A stretch of 27,299 nt of DNA, taken from NCBI GenBank assembly GCA_964553975.1, contig CAZKMF010000122.1, positions 1 through 27,299 on the forward strand, in the 5' to 3' direction. The notes below the pieces were generated by a model, which saw only the letters and a list, made by a program, of their open reading frames with translations, did not search any database and was not told the DNA's origin. Within the stretch, counting starts at the first letter, position 1. The number at the start of each line of letters is the position of its first letter. The position numbers and the translations under genes were made by a program. The DNA comes from an uncultured Gammaproteobacteria bacterium. Its GTDB lineage: Bacteria > Patescibacteriota > Patescibacteriia > SG8-24 > DYFX01. This document shows, one piece after another, positions 15,554-26,100 of this stretch.

Positions 15554-17074
15554 ATGCCTAAGACTAAAAAGCCCGCAGCGCCTCCGAAAGCTCCTGCCGC
15601 CAAGCCTGTCGTCAAACCGGCGGCTGTTGCGACGCCCGAGGGCGAGGCTCCGAAACCGAAGCGTACGTCTCCGCCGCCGCAACTTTTGCGCGGCATGAAA
15701 GACGTGCTGCCGGCCGAACAGAAATACTGGACGCTTTTGCGCAACGCCGCTGAATCCATCGCGCGCGGTTTTGGCTTTGATCGCATCGACACCCCGACGC
15801 TCGAAGAGACTGCACTCTTCGTGCGCGGCGTCGGCAAGCAAACCGACATCGTTGAAAAAGAATTGTACTCGTTCGTCGACCAAGGCGGCGAGTCGATGAC
15901 GCTCCGTCCGGAGCTCACGGCTTCGCTCGCGCGCGCCTACGTCAACCACGGCATGTGGAACCAGCCCCAACCGATCAAATGGTTCACCTGGGGCCGCGTC
16001 TTCCGCCACGAGCGTCCGCAGTCCGGCCGCTATCGCCAGTTCACGCAAGCGGGTCTCGACGTCTTTGGTGACAAGCACCCGGTCATCGACGCCAACTTGA
16101 TTTTCGCCGCCCACACGCTGTTCAAAGAAACGGGCATCGACGCGCTCGTCATGGTCAACTCGATCGGCGATATGCCGTCGCGCGAAAGCTACAAGAACGA
16201 ACTCGTCAACTACTACCGCAGCAAGCGCTCGCAGATTTGCGAAAACTGCAAAAAGCGCCTGCAGCGCAATCCGCTCCGCGTCCTCGACTGCAAAGAAGAA
16301 GGCTGCGTCGCGGTCAAAGCCGAAGCGCCGCAGATCGTTGATTTCTTGAACGAAGAATCGAAGAATCACTTCATTCGCGTCCTCGAATATCTCGACGAGC
16401 TCGAAGTGCCGTACCAGCTTCAGCCGCACCTCGTGCGCGGTCTTGATTACTACAGCCACACCGTCTTCGAAATCGTCGCCGCTTCCGACGCCGAAAAACA
16501 GGCGTCGCAGTCGGCGCTCGCCGCAGGCGGTCGCTACGACGGTCTCGTCGAAACGCTCGGCGGCACCCCGACGCCCGCCGTCGGTTTCTCTTGGGGCATC
16601 GAACGCATCATTCTCGCGCTCAAAGAGCAGAACGTCCCCGTACCGGAAATCAACGCGCCCGAAGTCTTCGTCGCGCAGCTCGGAGAACCCGCGCGCCGCA
16701 AGACGCTCGCGCTCTTCAACGCGCTTCGCAAGGACGGCGTCGTTGTCGCCGAAAGTTTTTCGCGCGACGCGCTCAAGCAGCAGCTTGAAATCGCCAACCG
16801 CCTCGGCGTCCGCTTCACCGTGATCCTCGGTCAGAAAGAAGTGCTCGATGGCACCGCGTTGATCCGCGACATGGATTCCGGCATTCAGGAAATCGTCGAC
16901 TTCAAGAAGTGCGCGATCGAACTGAAGCGCAAGCTGGCACAACCCGCCCCGCCGAAAATCACCCCGCCCCCGCCGCCGGAACCGGAAGACCCGCTCCTTG
17001 CGGAAGAACCGTTGAAACCGGAAGAGGACGAGGAGGAAGAAGAAGGGGACAAGAAGAAGAAAGACGAAGAATAA
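15554..17074 (+). CDS. hisS: histidine-tRNA ligase with low-complexity N- and C-terminal extensions
   Basis: LRGMKDVLP, LRPELTA, FRHERPQSGRYRQFTQ, LVRGLDYY, GGRYDGL, anticodon-binding domain. Confidence 0.97.
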   Translation: MPKTKKPAAPPKAPAAKPVVKPAAVATPEGEAPKPKRTSPPPQLLRGMKDVLPAEQKYWTLLRNAAESIARGFGFDRIDTPTLEETALFVRGVGKQTDIVEKELYSFVDQGGESMTLRPELTASLARAYVNHGMWNQPQPIKWFTWGRVFRHERPQSGRYRQFTQAGLDVFGDKHPVIDANLIFAAHTLFKETGIDALVMVNSIGDMPSRESYKNELVNYYRSKRSQICENCKKRLQRNPLRVLDCKEEGCVAVKAEAPQIVDFLNEESKNHFIRVLEYLDELEVPYQLQPHLVRGLDYYSHTVFEIVAASDAEKQASQSALAAGGRYDGLVETLGGTPTPAVGFSWGIERIILALKEQNVPVPEINAPEVFVAQLGEPARRKTLALFNALRKDGVVVAESFSRDALKQQLEIANRLGVRFTVILGQKEVLDGTALIRDMDSGIQEIVDFKKCAIELKRKLAQPAPPKITPPPPPEPEDPLLAEEPLKPEEDEEEEEGDKKKKDEE

Positions 17075-17078
17075 GGCT

Positions 17079-17112
17079 AAAAAGCGGCGTTTGACCTTAA
17101 ACGCCGCTTTTG
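17079..17112 (+). terminator. hisS terminator with the rpsU -35 box in its loop
   Basis: AAAAGCGGCGTTT-gacct-TAAACGCCGCTTTT. Confidence 0.85.
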
Positions 17113-17119
17113 TTATCTT
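17091..17119 (+). promoter_or_regulatory. rpsU promoter TTGACC-N17-TATCTT (extended -10 TGt)
   Basis: Read directly. It overlaps the terminator hairpin. Confidence 0.75.
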
Positions 17120-17171
17120 ATACCTGAGACCCAGTCTCTCTATTTTTAAGTAGAAAGGAAGGTGTATTGTT

Positions 17172-17417
17172 GTGGTTGAAGTCAAACGCAAAAAGGGAGA
17201 GAGCTTTGAAGCTCTGCTTCGTCGTTTCAGCCGCCGCATTCAGCAGAGTGGCAGCGTTCTGCAAGCCAAAAAGACCCGTTTCCGTACGGACGAAAAGAAC
17301 AAAAACGCTCAGCGCGATGCGGCGCTCCGCCGCCAGTTCCTGTCCGCGCGTCGCGAGTATCTGCTCAAAAGCGGTAAACTGAAAGAAGAAGACCTGAAGC
17401 AGAAGCGCCGCCGTTAA
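17172..17417 (+). CDS. rpsU: 30S ribosomal protein bS21
   Basis: VEVKRKKGESFEALLRRFSRR..., highly basic, 81 aa. AAAGGAAGG upstream. Conserved rpsU-yqeY order. Confidence 0.9.
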   Translation: MVEVKRKKGESFEALLRRFSRRIQQSGSVLQAKKTRFRTDEKNKNAQRDAALRRQFLSARREYLLKSGKLKEEDLKQKRRR

Positions 17418-17461
17418 ACCTGTCCGGTCCCTCGACCTTGTCGAAGGATAACCAAGTCGGT

Positions 17462-17914
17462 ATGTCACTCCGCAGCGACATCGAAAAGCGGTTCATGGAA
17501 GCGATGAAGGCTAAGGACGCCTCGGCGGTCTCGACCTTCCGCATGCTCCGCGCGGCGATGAAAAACGCCGAAATCGACAAACAAATAAAAGAGTTGAGCG
17601 ACGAAGAAGCGATCGAAATCGTAGGACGCGAGGTTAAAAAACTGAAGGACGCGCTCTCGGATTTCGAGAAAGCCGGCCGTCAGGATCTCGCGGAAACGAC
17701 GAACGCTGAAATCGCGCTGCTCACCGGTTTCCTTCCCGCGCAGATGTCAGAAGGCGAAGTCGAAGCGATCGTGGCCAAAAAAGCCGCCGAGCTCGGCCTC
17801 TCTGGAGAAGCTGCTTACGGACGTCTCATGGGCGAGGCGATGAAGGAAATGAAAGGGAAAGCCGACGGCGCCCTGGTCGGCAAAAAAGTCAAAGAGTTCT
17901 TGCAAAAAGCGTAG
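17462..17914 (+). CDS. yqeY: GatB/YqeY domain protein
   Basis: EAMKAKD...RMLRAAMKNAEI, AGRQDLAE, EIALLTGFLPAQMSEGE, GRLMGEAMKEMKGKADG. Start ATG 17462. Confidence 0.93.
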   Translation: MSLRSDIEKRFMEAMKAKDASAVSTFRMLRAAMKNAEIDKQIKELSDEEAIEIVGREVKKLKDALSDFEKAGRQDLAETTNAEIALLTGFLPAQMSEGEVEAIVAKKAAELGLSGEAAYGRLMGEAMKEMKGKADGALVGKKVKEFLQKA

Positions 17915-17941
17915 TTCCGGGAATCCCTACCCTCCTGTCCC

Positions 17942-19720
17942 ATGCTCTCAGGAAGGAAGTCACGCTCCCAAACGCTCGTACAAGCCGCCCTCACGGTTAC
18001 AGGTTTCGTGTTGGCGGTTTTTGCGTGTCTCGCTTTTGCACATGGTGTCCACGCGCAAGGCGTGACGGCCAACGAGGTACTGCCGACCGAACTCGGTAAC
18101 GTCATCGGAACCGGCACGCAGGACATTCGTATTACAATCGCGCGCATCGTCCGCACGGGGCTTGGTCTCCTCGGGACGGTTGCTCTTCTCCTTATCTTGT
18201 ACGCCGGCTTCATTTGGATGACGGCTGCCGGCGACATGGAGAAAATCGACCGTGCCAAGAAGACGCTCACCGCGGCGGTGATCGGTCTCGTGATTATCAT
18301 GTCCGCCTTCGCGATCACGTCGTTCATCATCAGCCGCTTGCTCGGTGAGAGTGGTGGTGCGGGTGGCGGCGGTCTCGGCGGAGGTTCGGGCGCGCCGGAT
18401 GATCGTGCCTGTATCGGTTTGTCGGCAACTTGCGCTGCTGGCGCGCTCGGCAACGGCATCATTGAAAGCCATTACCCGAATCGCAACGCCACAGGCATCG
18501 CGCGCAACACGCGTATCGTCGTCACCTTCAAACAGAAAATCGATCCGGCTTCCATTGTTGTCGGTGGCGCGAATGGCACGGTCGCGATTCTGAAGTCGAC
18601 GCAAGTCACGGCAACGTCGAATCAGTTCGCGCAAAAATTCTCGCAGAGTTTGACAGCCGCCGATATCGACGTCACGGCTTCGGCGGACGGCAAGAGTTTC
18701 ACGTTCCTTCAGAAAAATTGCCCCGCGAACTGTTTCGGTAGCCCGAGCGAAAACGTTTTCTATACCGTTGCCTTGCGCGGCGGCACCGACGGCATCAAGA
18801 AGGCGGGGGGAGCGGCTGCGTTTACGGGCACGTTCAACTCCGGCTACCTCTGGGAATTCCAGGTTTCAACCGTGCTCGACCTGACGCCGCCGAAAGTTTC
18901 GTACGTCGTGCCTCCGAACGGCGCGAACGGCGTCCCGCGCAACTCGCTCGTACAAGTTGCCTTTGACGAACCGGTCGATCCGGTCAGTGTCACGTCCGGC
19001 CTCTCGATCACGCGCGCCGGCAACGTCATCGCTGGCGTGCAGCAGGTCGGTAACGCCTATCGCACCGTCGAATTCCACACCAACGAAAGCTGCGGCACGA
19101 ACTCGTGCGGCGAGCAGGTCTTCTGCTTGCCGGGGAATCAACAAATCACCGTGCGCGTGAAAACGGACGCGCTCACGGCGACGCCGCCACTCGGCATCTA
19201 TCCTCCGAGCGGTATCACCGACATGGCCGGCAACGCGCTCGACGGCAACGGCAATGGCACGGCGCAGGGCGGACCGGTCGACGACTACACGGCGTCGTTC
19301 CAAACGAACAACACGATCGATCTCGTGCCGCCGAAAGTCGTGTCGCAAGAGCCGGACGTGCTCCAAGGCAACATCGCGCGCGATCTGCGTTTGTCCGTCA
19401 CTTTCTCGAAGTTGATGAGTTCGACGAGTTTCACGAGCGACAACGCCAAGCTCGTGCCCGGACCGAACGGAGCGCCGACGAACTACTCGCTCGAAACGGA
19501 AGCGATCTCTTCGGTCGCGGGTGGCGAACCTGATCAAACCAAAGGCGTGATCGATCACGACCTGCTCTCCGTCAACCAACCGTACGCCGTTGATCTCACT
19601 TCAGGCCTCCGCGATCTTCATCAGAACTGTTTCTACCCGGGCGGCGGCCAAACGGTCTGCACGGGTTCCGAACCGTATTGCTGCAACGGCCGGCCTTCGA
19701 TGGCCGCCTGCGGCTACTAA
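17942..19720 (+). CDS. surface protein: signal peptide, VirB2/TrbC-like (T4SS) pilin module, Gly linker, three Big_5-like Ig domains
   Basis: Signal ends VHA|Q. Pilin module 18053-18340 (LYAGFIWMTAAGD...AKKTLTAAVIGLVII). Repeated P(K/T)V..P..G...V.RN...V.F Ig-like units. LDGNGNG Ca-binding-like motif. Confidence 0.8.
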   Translation: MLSGRKSRSQTLVQAALTVTGFVLAVFACLAFAHGVHAQGVTANEVLPTELGNVIGTGTQDIRITIARIVRTGLGLLGTVALLLILYAGFIWMTAAGDMEKIDRAKKTLTAAVIGLVIIMSAFAITSFIISRLLGESGGAGGGGLGGGSGAPDDRACIGLSATCAAGALGNGIIESHYPNRNATGIARNTRIVVTFKQKIDPASIVVGGANGTVAILKSTQVTATSNQFAQKFSQSLTAADIDVTASADGKSFTFLQKNCPANCFGSPSENVFYTVALRGGTDGIKKAGGAAAFTGTFNSGYLWEFQVSTVLDLTPPKVSYVVPPNGANGVPRNSLVQVAFDEPVDPVSVTSGLSITRAGNVIAGVQQVGNAYRTVEFHTNESCGTNSCGEQVFCLPGNQQITVRVKTDALTATPPLGIYPPSGITDMAGNALDGNGNGTAQGGPVDDYTASFQTNNTIDLVPPKVVSQEPDVLQGNIARDLRLSVTFSKLMSSTSFTSDNAKLVPGPNGAPTNYSLETEAISSVAGGEPDQTKGVIDHDLLSVNQPYAVDLTSGLRDLHQNCFYPGGGQTVCTGSEPYCCNGRPSMAACGY

Positions 19721-20110
19721 CCAGAGCTTATGCGCGCGTTCTTCCGACGGCACCGCATCTTGATCCTCGCGCTGGCGCTTCTCGCGCCATGCCTCTGGTT
19801 CGCGTCGCATCACGCGGCGCTGGCGCAAGGCGTGACGTCGAACGAATTGCTTCCGGGACAGATCGGTACGACGCTCGGGACGAGTACGCAGGACCTGCGC
19901 GTGACGATCGCGCGTATCGTGCGCGTCGCTCTTGGTTTGCTTGGTACGGTCGCACTCCTGCTCGTGCTCTACGCCGGCTTCACCTGGATGACGGCGGCGG
20001 GGGATGAAACGAAAATTGAACGCGCGAAGAAAACGCTTTCAGCCGCGGTGATTGGCCTCGTGATCATCATGTCGGCCTTCGCGATTGTTTCGTATATTTT
20101 GAGTGCGCTC
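18053..20110 (+). repeat. duplicated 96-codon pilin module (18053-18340 and 19823-20110)
   Basis: Hand alignment without gaps: 73/96 identical residues (76%). Confidence 0.9.
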
Positions 20111-23100
20111 GTCAACGCGACGGGCGGCAACGTCGGTCCTGGTGGAAGCGGTGGTCCGGGTGGGGGAGGCGGTTTCGGCGGCGGCGCGGGTGGTTCGTTC
20201 CGTCCGACAGCGATTCAGCCGAGAGGTTCTCTTGCCAAGTACGACGTGACGGCGGCCGTAACCTTCAGCGCGGCGCCGACCGACGACGCGACCAACATCA
20301 AAGCCAATATTTTGCTCGAGAAAGTCTCGGGCAATTCGCGTACCAACGTCGATTACGAGCCTGTCGTAGAAAACAATACGATCCGTTTGCGTCCGCTCAT
20401 CCCGTGCCCGGCGCCGAACGACACGCGCCGCTGTCTCGAGAAAAATTCCGACTACCAAATCACGGTACGCGCCGGTTTGAAGAACGCTTCGGCGGCTGAT
20501 CCGCGCAACGTCAGCTGTGGACTCGGCGCGACGTGCTCGCAGAGTTTTAAAACAGGCGACGCGGTCATGACGCAGCCGCCGACCGTGACGATTTCGAGCC
20601 CCGTCGACGGCCAGTCCGTTCCGGCAGGGGATCTGATCGCGGTGCAATCGGTTTCGACGGATCAAAACGGCATTGCCAGCGTCGATTATTTGGCCGACGG
20701 AGCGTTCTTTGCGGCCGACGGCAACGCGCAGCAGATCGCGCCGTCCACCTATTCCAGCCAAGCCGTGTGGGATACGACGGCGATCGTGCCGGTTAAAACC
20801 GTCTCGCTCGGCGCGCGCGCGGTGAACATTGATGGCGACGCGGCGAGTTCTGCGGCGGTGCGCGTGACGGTGCGTCCGCAGTTTTGTTTCAACCACATTA
20901 AAGACGGAGACGAAGCCGCGATCGATTGCGGCGGTTCTTGCGGCGCGTGCACGGGCGGTACCTGCACCCAGAACGCGCAATGCGCTTCTGGTTTGTGCCA
21001 GAACGGCCAGTGCGTCGAGAATCCGGAAATTACCGACGTACAACTTCGCGACGGCAAGCCCGGCAACCTCGTGACGATCACGGGTCTGCATTTCGGCGCG
21101 GCGACCGGCAAAGTAACCTTCCTCGGCACGGCTGCTTCCGGCGATGAGAAAGACGCGGCGTTGGCATCGTGCGGCGGTGCGTGGAGCGATGCGCGTATCG
21201 TGATCGTCGTGCCGGAAGGCGCGAAGACCGGCCCGATCCTGGTTACGGCCGCGGGCGGCAAGAAGGACGCAACGAACGACACCTTCGGTCCGATCATCGC
21301 CGATTTCCAAATCAACGACGTTGCGCGTCCGGGTATTTGCTCTGTCTCTCCGGTGTCGGTAAAAACCGGCAGTACGGTTACGGTCGGCGGCAGCGCCTTC
21401 GGTGCCGCGCAAGGCGCGTCGCGCGTACAGCTCGTCCGCGCCGCCGGCGATTGCTCACAAATTCAAGACTGGGCGACGGCCGTAGAAGCGGCACAGGTCT
21501 CGCCATGGTCCGATACGTCTTTCCAGCCGACGATTCCGAACATTGCGACGGACGTCGACGGTTCCAATTATTTGTTGCGCGTGACGGTCGGAGGCCAGCC
21601 GTCCAACACTGCGTGTGTGCGCGTGGAACCTCCCGAAGCGGGAACGGATCCGCACATCGCCTTCGTCACGCCGGAAAACGGTTCGGTCGGCACGTATCTT
21701 TCCGTGTTCGGCACCAACTTCGGTTCCGGCGGCACAGTACGTTTCAAGAACGCCGCCGGCGAGGCGGTGGGGGACATCAGTTTCCCGGCGCAGTGCGCGG
21801 CAGGTTATTGGACGAGTTCGAGTGTGACGGTCAAAGTGCCTCCGCAATTTACGACGCCCGCCAACACCGCGATCCAGCTCGGACAATATAACGTGACGGT
21901 CGTGCGCTCCGATGGCCGCGCGTCGAACGCCAGTACATTCACGATCAACACCAACCCGCTGACGCCGGGGCTTTGCCGTATCGAACCGAATAATGGTCCG
22001 GTGGGTACGTCCGTTATGCTGTACGGCGACGGTTTCGGCGCGATCAACGCCGCTGATCTTCCCGCCTACGTCGCGCTGCATCCTGACACGGTGCGTTTCA
22101 ATGACAACAAGAACGCGGCTTCGATCGGTCAGTGGCAAGCGAGCTCAATCGCGGCTTCCGTGCCGGTTGGCGCCACGACCGGACCCGTACGCGTCCGCAC
22201 GTTCTCCGGTGCCGCTTCCAACGAATCCAACGGCGTGAATTTTGAAGTGCGCGACTGCCGCCAGAGCGGCGGCGACTCTGCGTGCGGTGCCGGACGTTCG
22301 TGCTGCGAAGACGGTGCCTGCCGCGCTGCTTGCGGCGGTGGAGTCGCGGCTGGCGGATTTGCTTGGCAGTTTTCGACCGGACCGATTCCGGTCTTCCCGA
22401 TCGTGATCGAAAACGCGACGTGTCAAGCGGCGGCACCTTCAACGATGCCGAGTCCGAACCCATTCAAGGGCATGACGGACGTGTGTACCGACATGGGCGC
22501 GATGACGGTGCGTTTCAGCTTGCCGATGGATCCGGCGACGATCAACGGTTCCAACGTGTTGTTTGAATCCTGCGGCGCGGGTGCCACAATTTCCTCGACA
22601 TGCGCGTCTGTCGCCGGCGTCGGCGCGCCTAGCACGCTCGACTACGACGCTGAAGGCCGCACGCAGCTCGTGCTGCCGGTCGGAGGCTTGCGCCCGAACA
22701 CGTGGTATCGCTTGACGGTGCGCGATCAAGTGAAGAGCTTGGGTACGCCCGTACGCGGCGCGCAGATTCTGGACGGCAACTTCGACGGCAAAGCCGGCGG
22801 CGCCTATGTCACGACGTTCAAGACGGGCACGGGACCGTGCACGCTCTCTGGCGTCGATGTCCAGCCGACAGACGCGCTGATCTCCGCATCGGACGAGACG
22901 AAGGATTACCAGGCGTTCCCGCTTTCGAGCCGCTGCATCATCTTGTCGTGCGCGGGTCGCGTCGTGAATTGGAATTCGAGCAATCCCGGCAAAGCCACGA
23001 TCGCTCCGTTGCTCGGCGCGCGCCAGTGCGAAGCGAAAGCGACGCCCGTATCCGAAACCGATCCGGGTCCGGCGATTCAAATTCGTTCGACGATCGATGG

Positions 23101-26100
23101 CGTGACCGATTCCGGAAAACTGACGATCGATTACGCCAATCCGCGCGTCGTCGACTACGGACCGCATGACTGCAACGAGGCTTGCGTCAACACGGTCGGC
23201 TTCGCGTACTTCAACACGCCTATGGCCGAAGACGGGCCAGGGAGCGTGCTTTCAAACGTAAAATTGTATCGTTGCCGCAACGAGTCGTGTCTGACGTTCC
23301 AGGGCGAAGTGCCGCTCGCGCCGCAATATAACGCGGGCGCGAAGTTGCTGACGTTCGGTAACGTTCCTCTTGCCGCGAACACATGGTACCGGGCCGTCGT
23401 GCTTGGCACCGCGCGCAGCACGAGCCAAGCCGCGCTCACGGGCTTGAACTACGAAGGCAACGCCTTCAGCTGGATTTTCCGCACGCGGCTCGCCGCCGAT
23501 CCTTGCGGTCCTCAGAAGGTGACGCTTGAACCTTCGCAGACGACGTTGCGGTATATCGGCCAAGTATCGCCGGTCACGGCCATGCCGCACAGTTCTCCGG
23601 ACAAGTGTTCCGCGAACGGTCAGTTGTTGAACGCCTCATCGTATAACTGGTCGTGGAGCAAAGCGCAGAATCCAGCGGCTCCTCAGGCGTTCCGTTTCTT
23701 GCCCGACGTTCCTCCAGGCGCGCTTCTCAACACGAATCCCGTTTTGCCGGCCGGTTGCTCTTCAAACTGTCTCATGACTGGCAGCAAGGCTCCGGGCACG
23801 CCATCTTGTGGCAACGGAGTTCTTGAAAGGGGAGAAGAATGCGATACGCCCGGTTTGAACGGCTGCAACGCCAACTGTTTGTTGACCGGTAATATCGTAC
23901 CGAACGGTTGCGGCGACGGCGCGCTTCAAGCTGATCGTGGCGAAGAGTGTGACGCCGGTGCTCAAAACGGCACCGCGGCGTCGGGCTGCACAACCTCGTG
24001 CTTGCTCGTCGGTTCCTCGCCGGGGCTTTCCGCCTGCGGTAATGGCTCGGTCGGCGTTGGTGAAGCCTGTGATGACGGCAATACGCAAGATGGCGATGGT
24101 TGCAGTCCGCGCTGCTTGCTCGAAGGTTCCGCGCAGAACGTGTACGTCTGCGGCAACGGCGCGCTCGAACCTGGAGAAGAATGCGATTACCTGCTCGGCG
24201 CGGGCGGTCTTGCTACGCAGCTATTCGTCGCTGGACGTCCTCCTGTGGCGCTTGGAGCCGGCGATGAACGCAATCCCACGCGCCCGAACTTTGCGTGCGG
24301 ACAAAGCTGCTTATTGCGCGGCGACTTCACGGCCTGCACCGCTGGCGCCAATTGCTGCGGTAACGGTGTGATCGAACCTGCGAAAGGCGAGAACTGCGAC
24401 GCGGGCGTGAATAACGGCAAAGCTTCTTCCGGCTGTTCGTCCTCCTGCGTCAAAACCGGTTCTGATCCGGCTCTCCGCGCCTACTGCGGCGACACGGTCG
24501 TCACGGTGCAACCCGCGAATATTTTGACGGGCGCGCAGAACGGCGGCGGCGAAGAATGCGAAGCGCCGGCACTCGACGCGAATATCGATCCTGTCCAGGT
24601 TGTTGAAGCCCGCAATCAGTGCGATGCCAAAAATAGCTGCTCGGCTTCGGTCACGGCCGCAATCGGCGCTGTTTCCGGTCAGGGTGCGGTCAGTGTCGAA
24701 TGTTCGTGCCGTGCCGACAGCGACTGCGCGACGTTCGGCCCCAACCTCTCTTGCGGCGCCGGCGCTTGCTGCTTCCCGCGTCCCGCCGCGCCCGACATTA
24801 CGCCTAAGGGCGGCAACGAATGCCGTAACGCGCAGATTACGATTCTCTTCGGCGAGGAAATGAACGTCGGTTCGCTGCAGGGCGGCTTGATCGTGCAGTC
24901 GTGCACGCCGGTCGCGTACGAACAGCACGGCGTCGGTTCGTGGATCGCGCGCGCCGCGTCGGCTGTTGGAAATTTCTTCCGCTCGTTGATCGGCATGAAT
25001 GCTTCAGCCGCGGACGTCTGCGCGCCGATCGAGGGCACGTTCACGCATGTCGCGAAAACGGCTCCGGATGCCAGCGTACACACCGTTTCGACGTTCGCTC
25101 CGAAACAGATGCTCAGCCCGAATCGCAAATACCGCGTGCTCGTGAAGGGTGGCGCGAATGGCGTGAAGACGGCGAAGGGTGTGGGCTATCCGGAAGGGGG
25201 AGACACGATTCAGGATTTCACGACGGGTTCCGACGTCTGCCGTTTCGACGTCGCGCAAACGTCACCGGCGAAGGAACTTATCCAAAACTCTTCGACTCCG
25301 CTGACGATTACGGCGACGGCCATGTCCGACCGCGGCGGCGTGTTGGAAGCGATTTCACCCGTCGTCGGCGTCTACGATTGGACGTGGAGCTGGGCGAACG
25401 TGCCGGAAAACGCCACGGTCGGAGCGTTGCTCGAATTGAACGCGGCTCCGGGCGCTTCGTCAGCCGTGGTGCAAGCCAAAAAAGGCATCAACGGTCATGA
25501 ACAGGTGGTCGCGACGGCGCGCATTACGACGGATACGGCACTGACGCCCTCGACGGTCGGTCAAGAGAAGATCGGCAAATCATCGATCACGGTGCTCTTG
25601 TGCGAGAACCCCTGGCCGCGCCGCGACGTCGCGACGGGCGCTTGGGCTCCGTACGTCGATCCGCAGACGCACTTCGAATTCTATTATTGCCGCGATAACG
25701 CCGGCACGCCGCTGCCGGAACTCATGGCACAGCCGGTGCAAGGCCAGTCAGCCGGCGGTTCCGGTCTTCTCCGCTTCTGCGCGGCGACGCAGGACGGTTC
25801 GCAATCTCGCGCCTGCGTGTCGAACGCCGATTGCAACGCTGGCGACACTTGTCGGTCGAAAGACGTCCTCTTCCGCTTCCAGCCGGAATGGAAACTGACG
25901 GACGCGATCGGTATGCGCGTCTACGAGAATCCTGAACGCCTCACGCCGCAAGAGTGGTATCTCGCGCAGCATTTCTCCGGCAATACCCAGGTAGCGACGG
26001 TCGACGGCTATCAGGCGATAAAAGACGAACGCACGGTGTACGTCGGCGCCGCCGATAAATACGGCGATCCCGATTTGCGCTCGTATGTGTACGTCTACGC

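Noticed and set aside
19718-19732. The two pilin-headed ORFs are in the same frame, separated only by TAA-CCA-GAG-CTT (possible readthrough or split gene)
   Set aside because: The second ORF has its own ATG, signal peptide and pilin module, so it is a separate paralogue. TAA is a poor readthrough codon.
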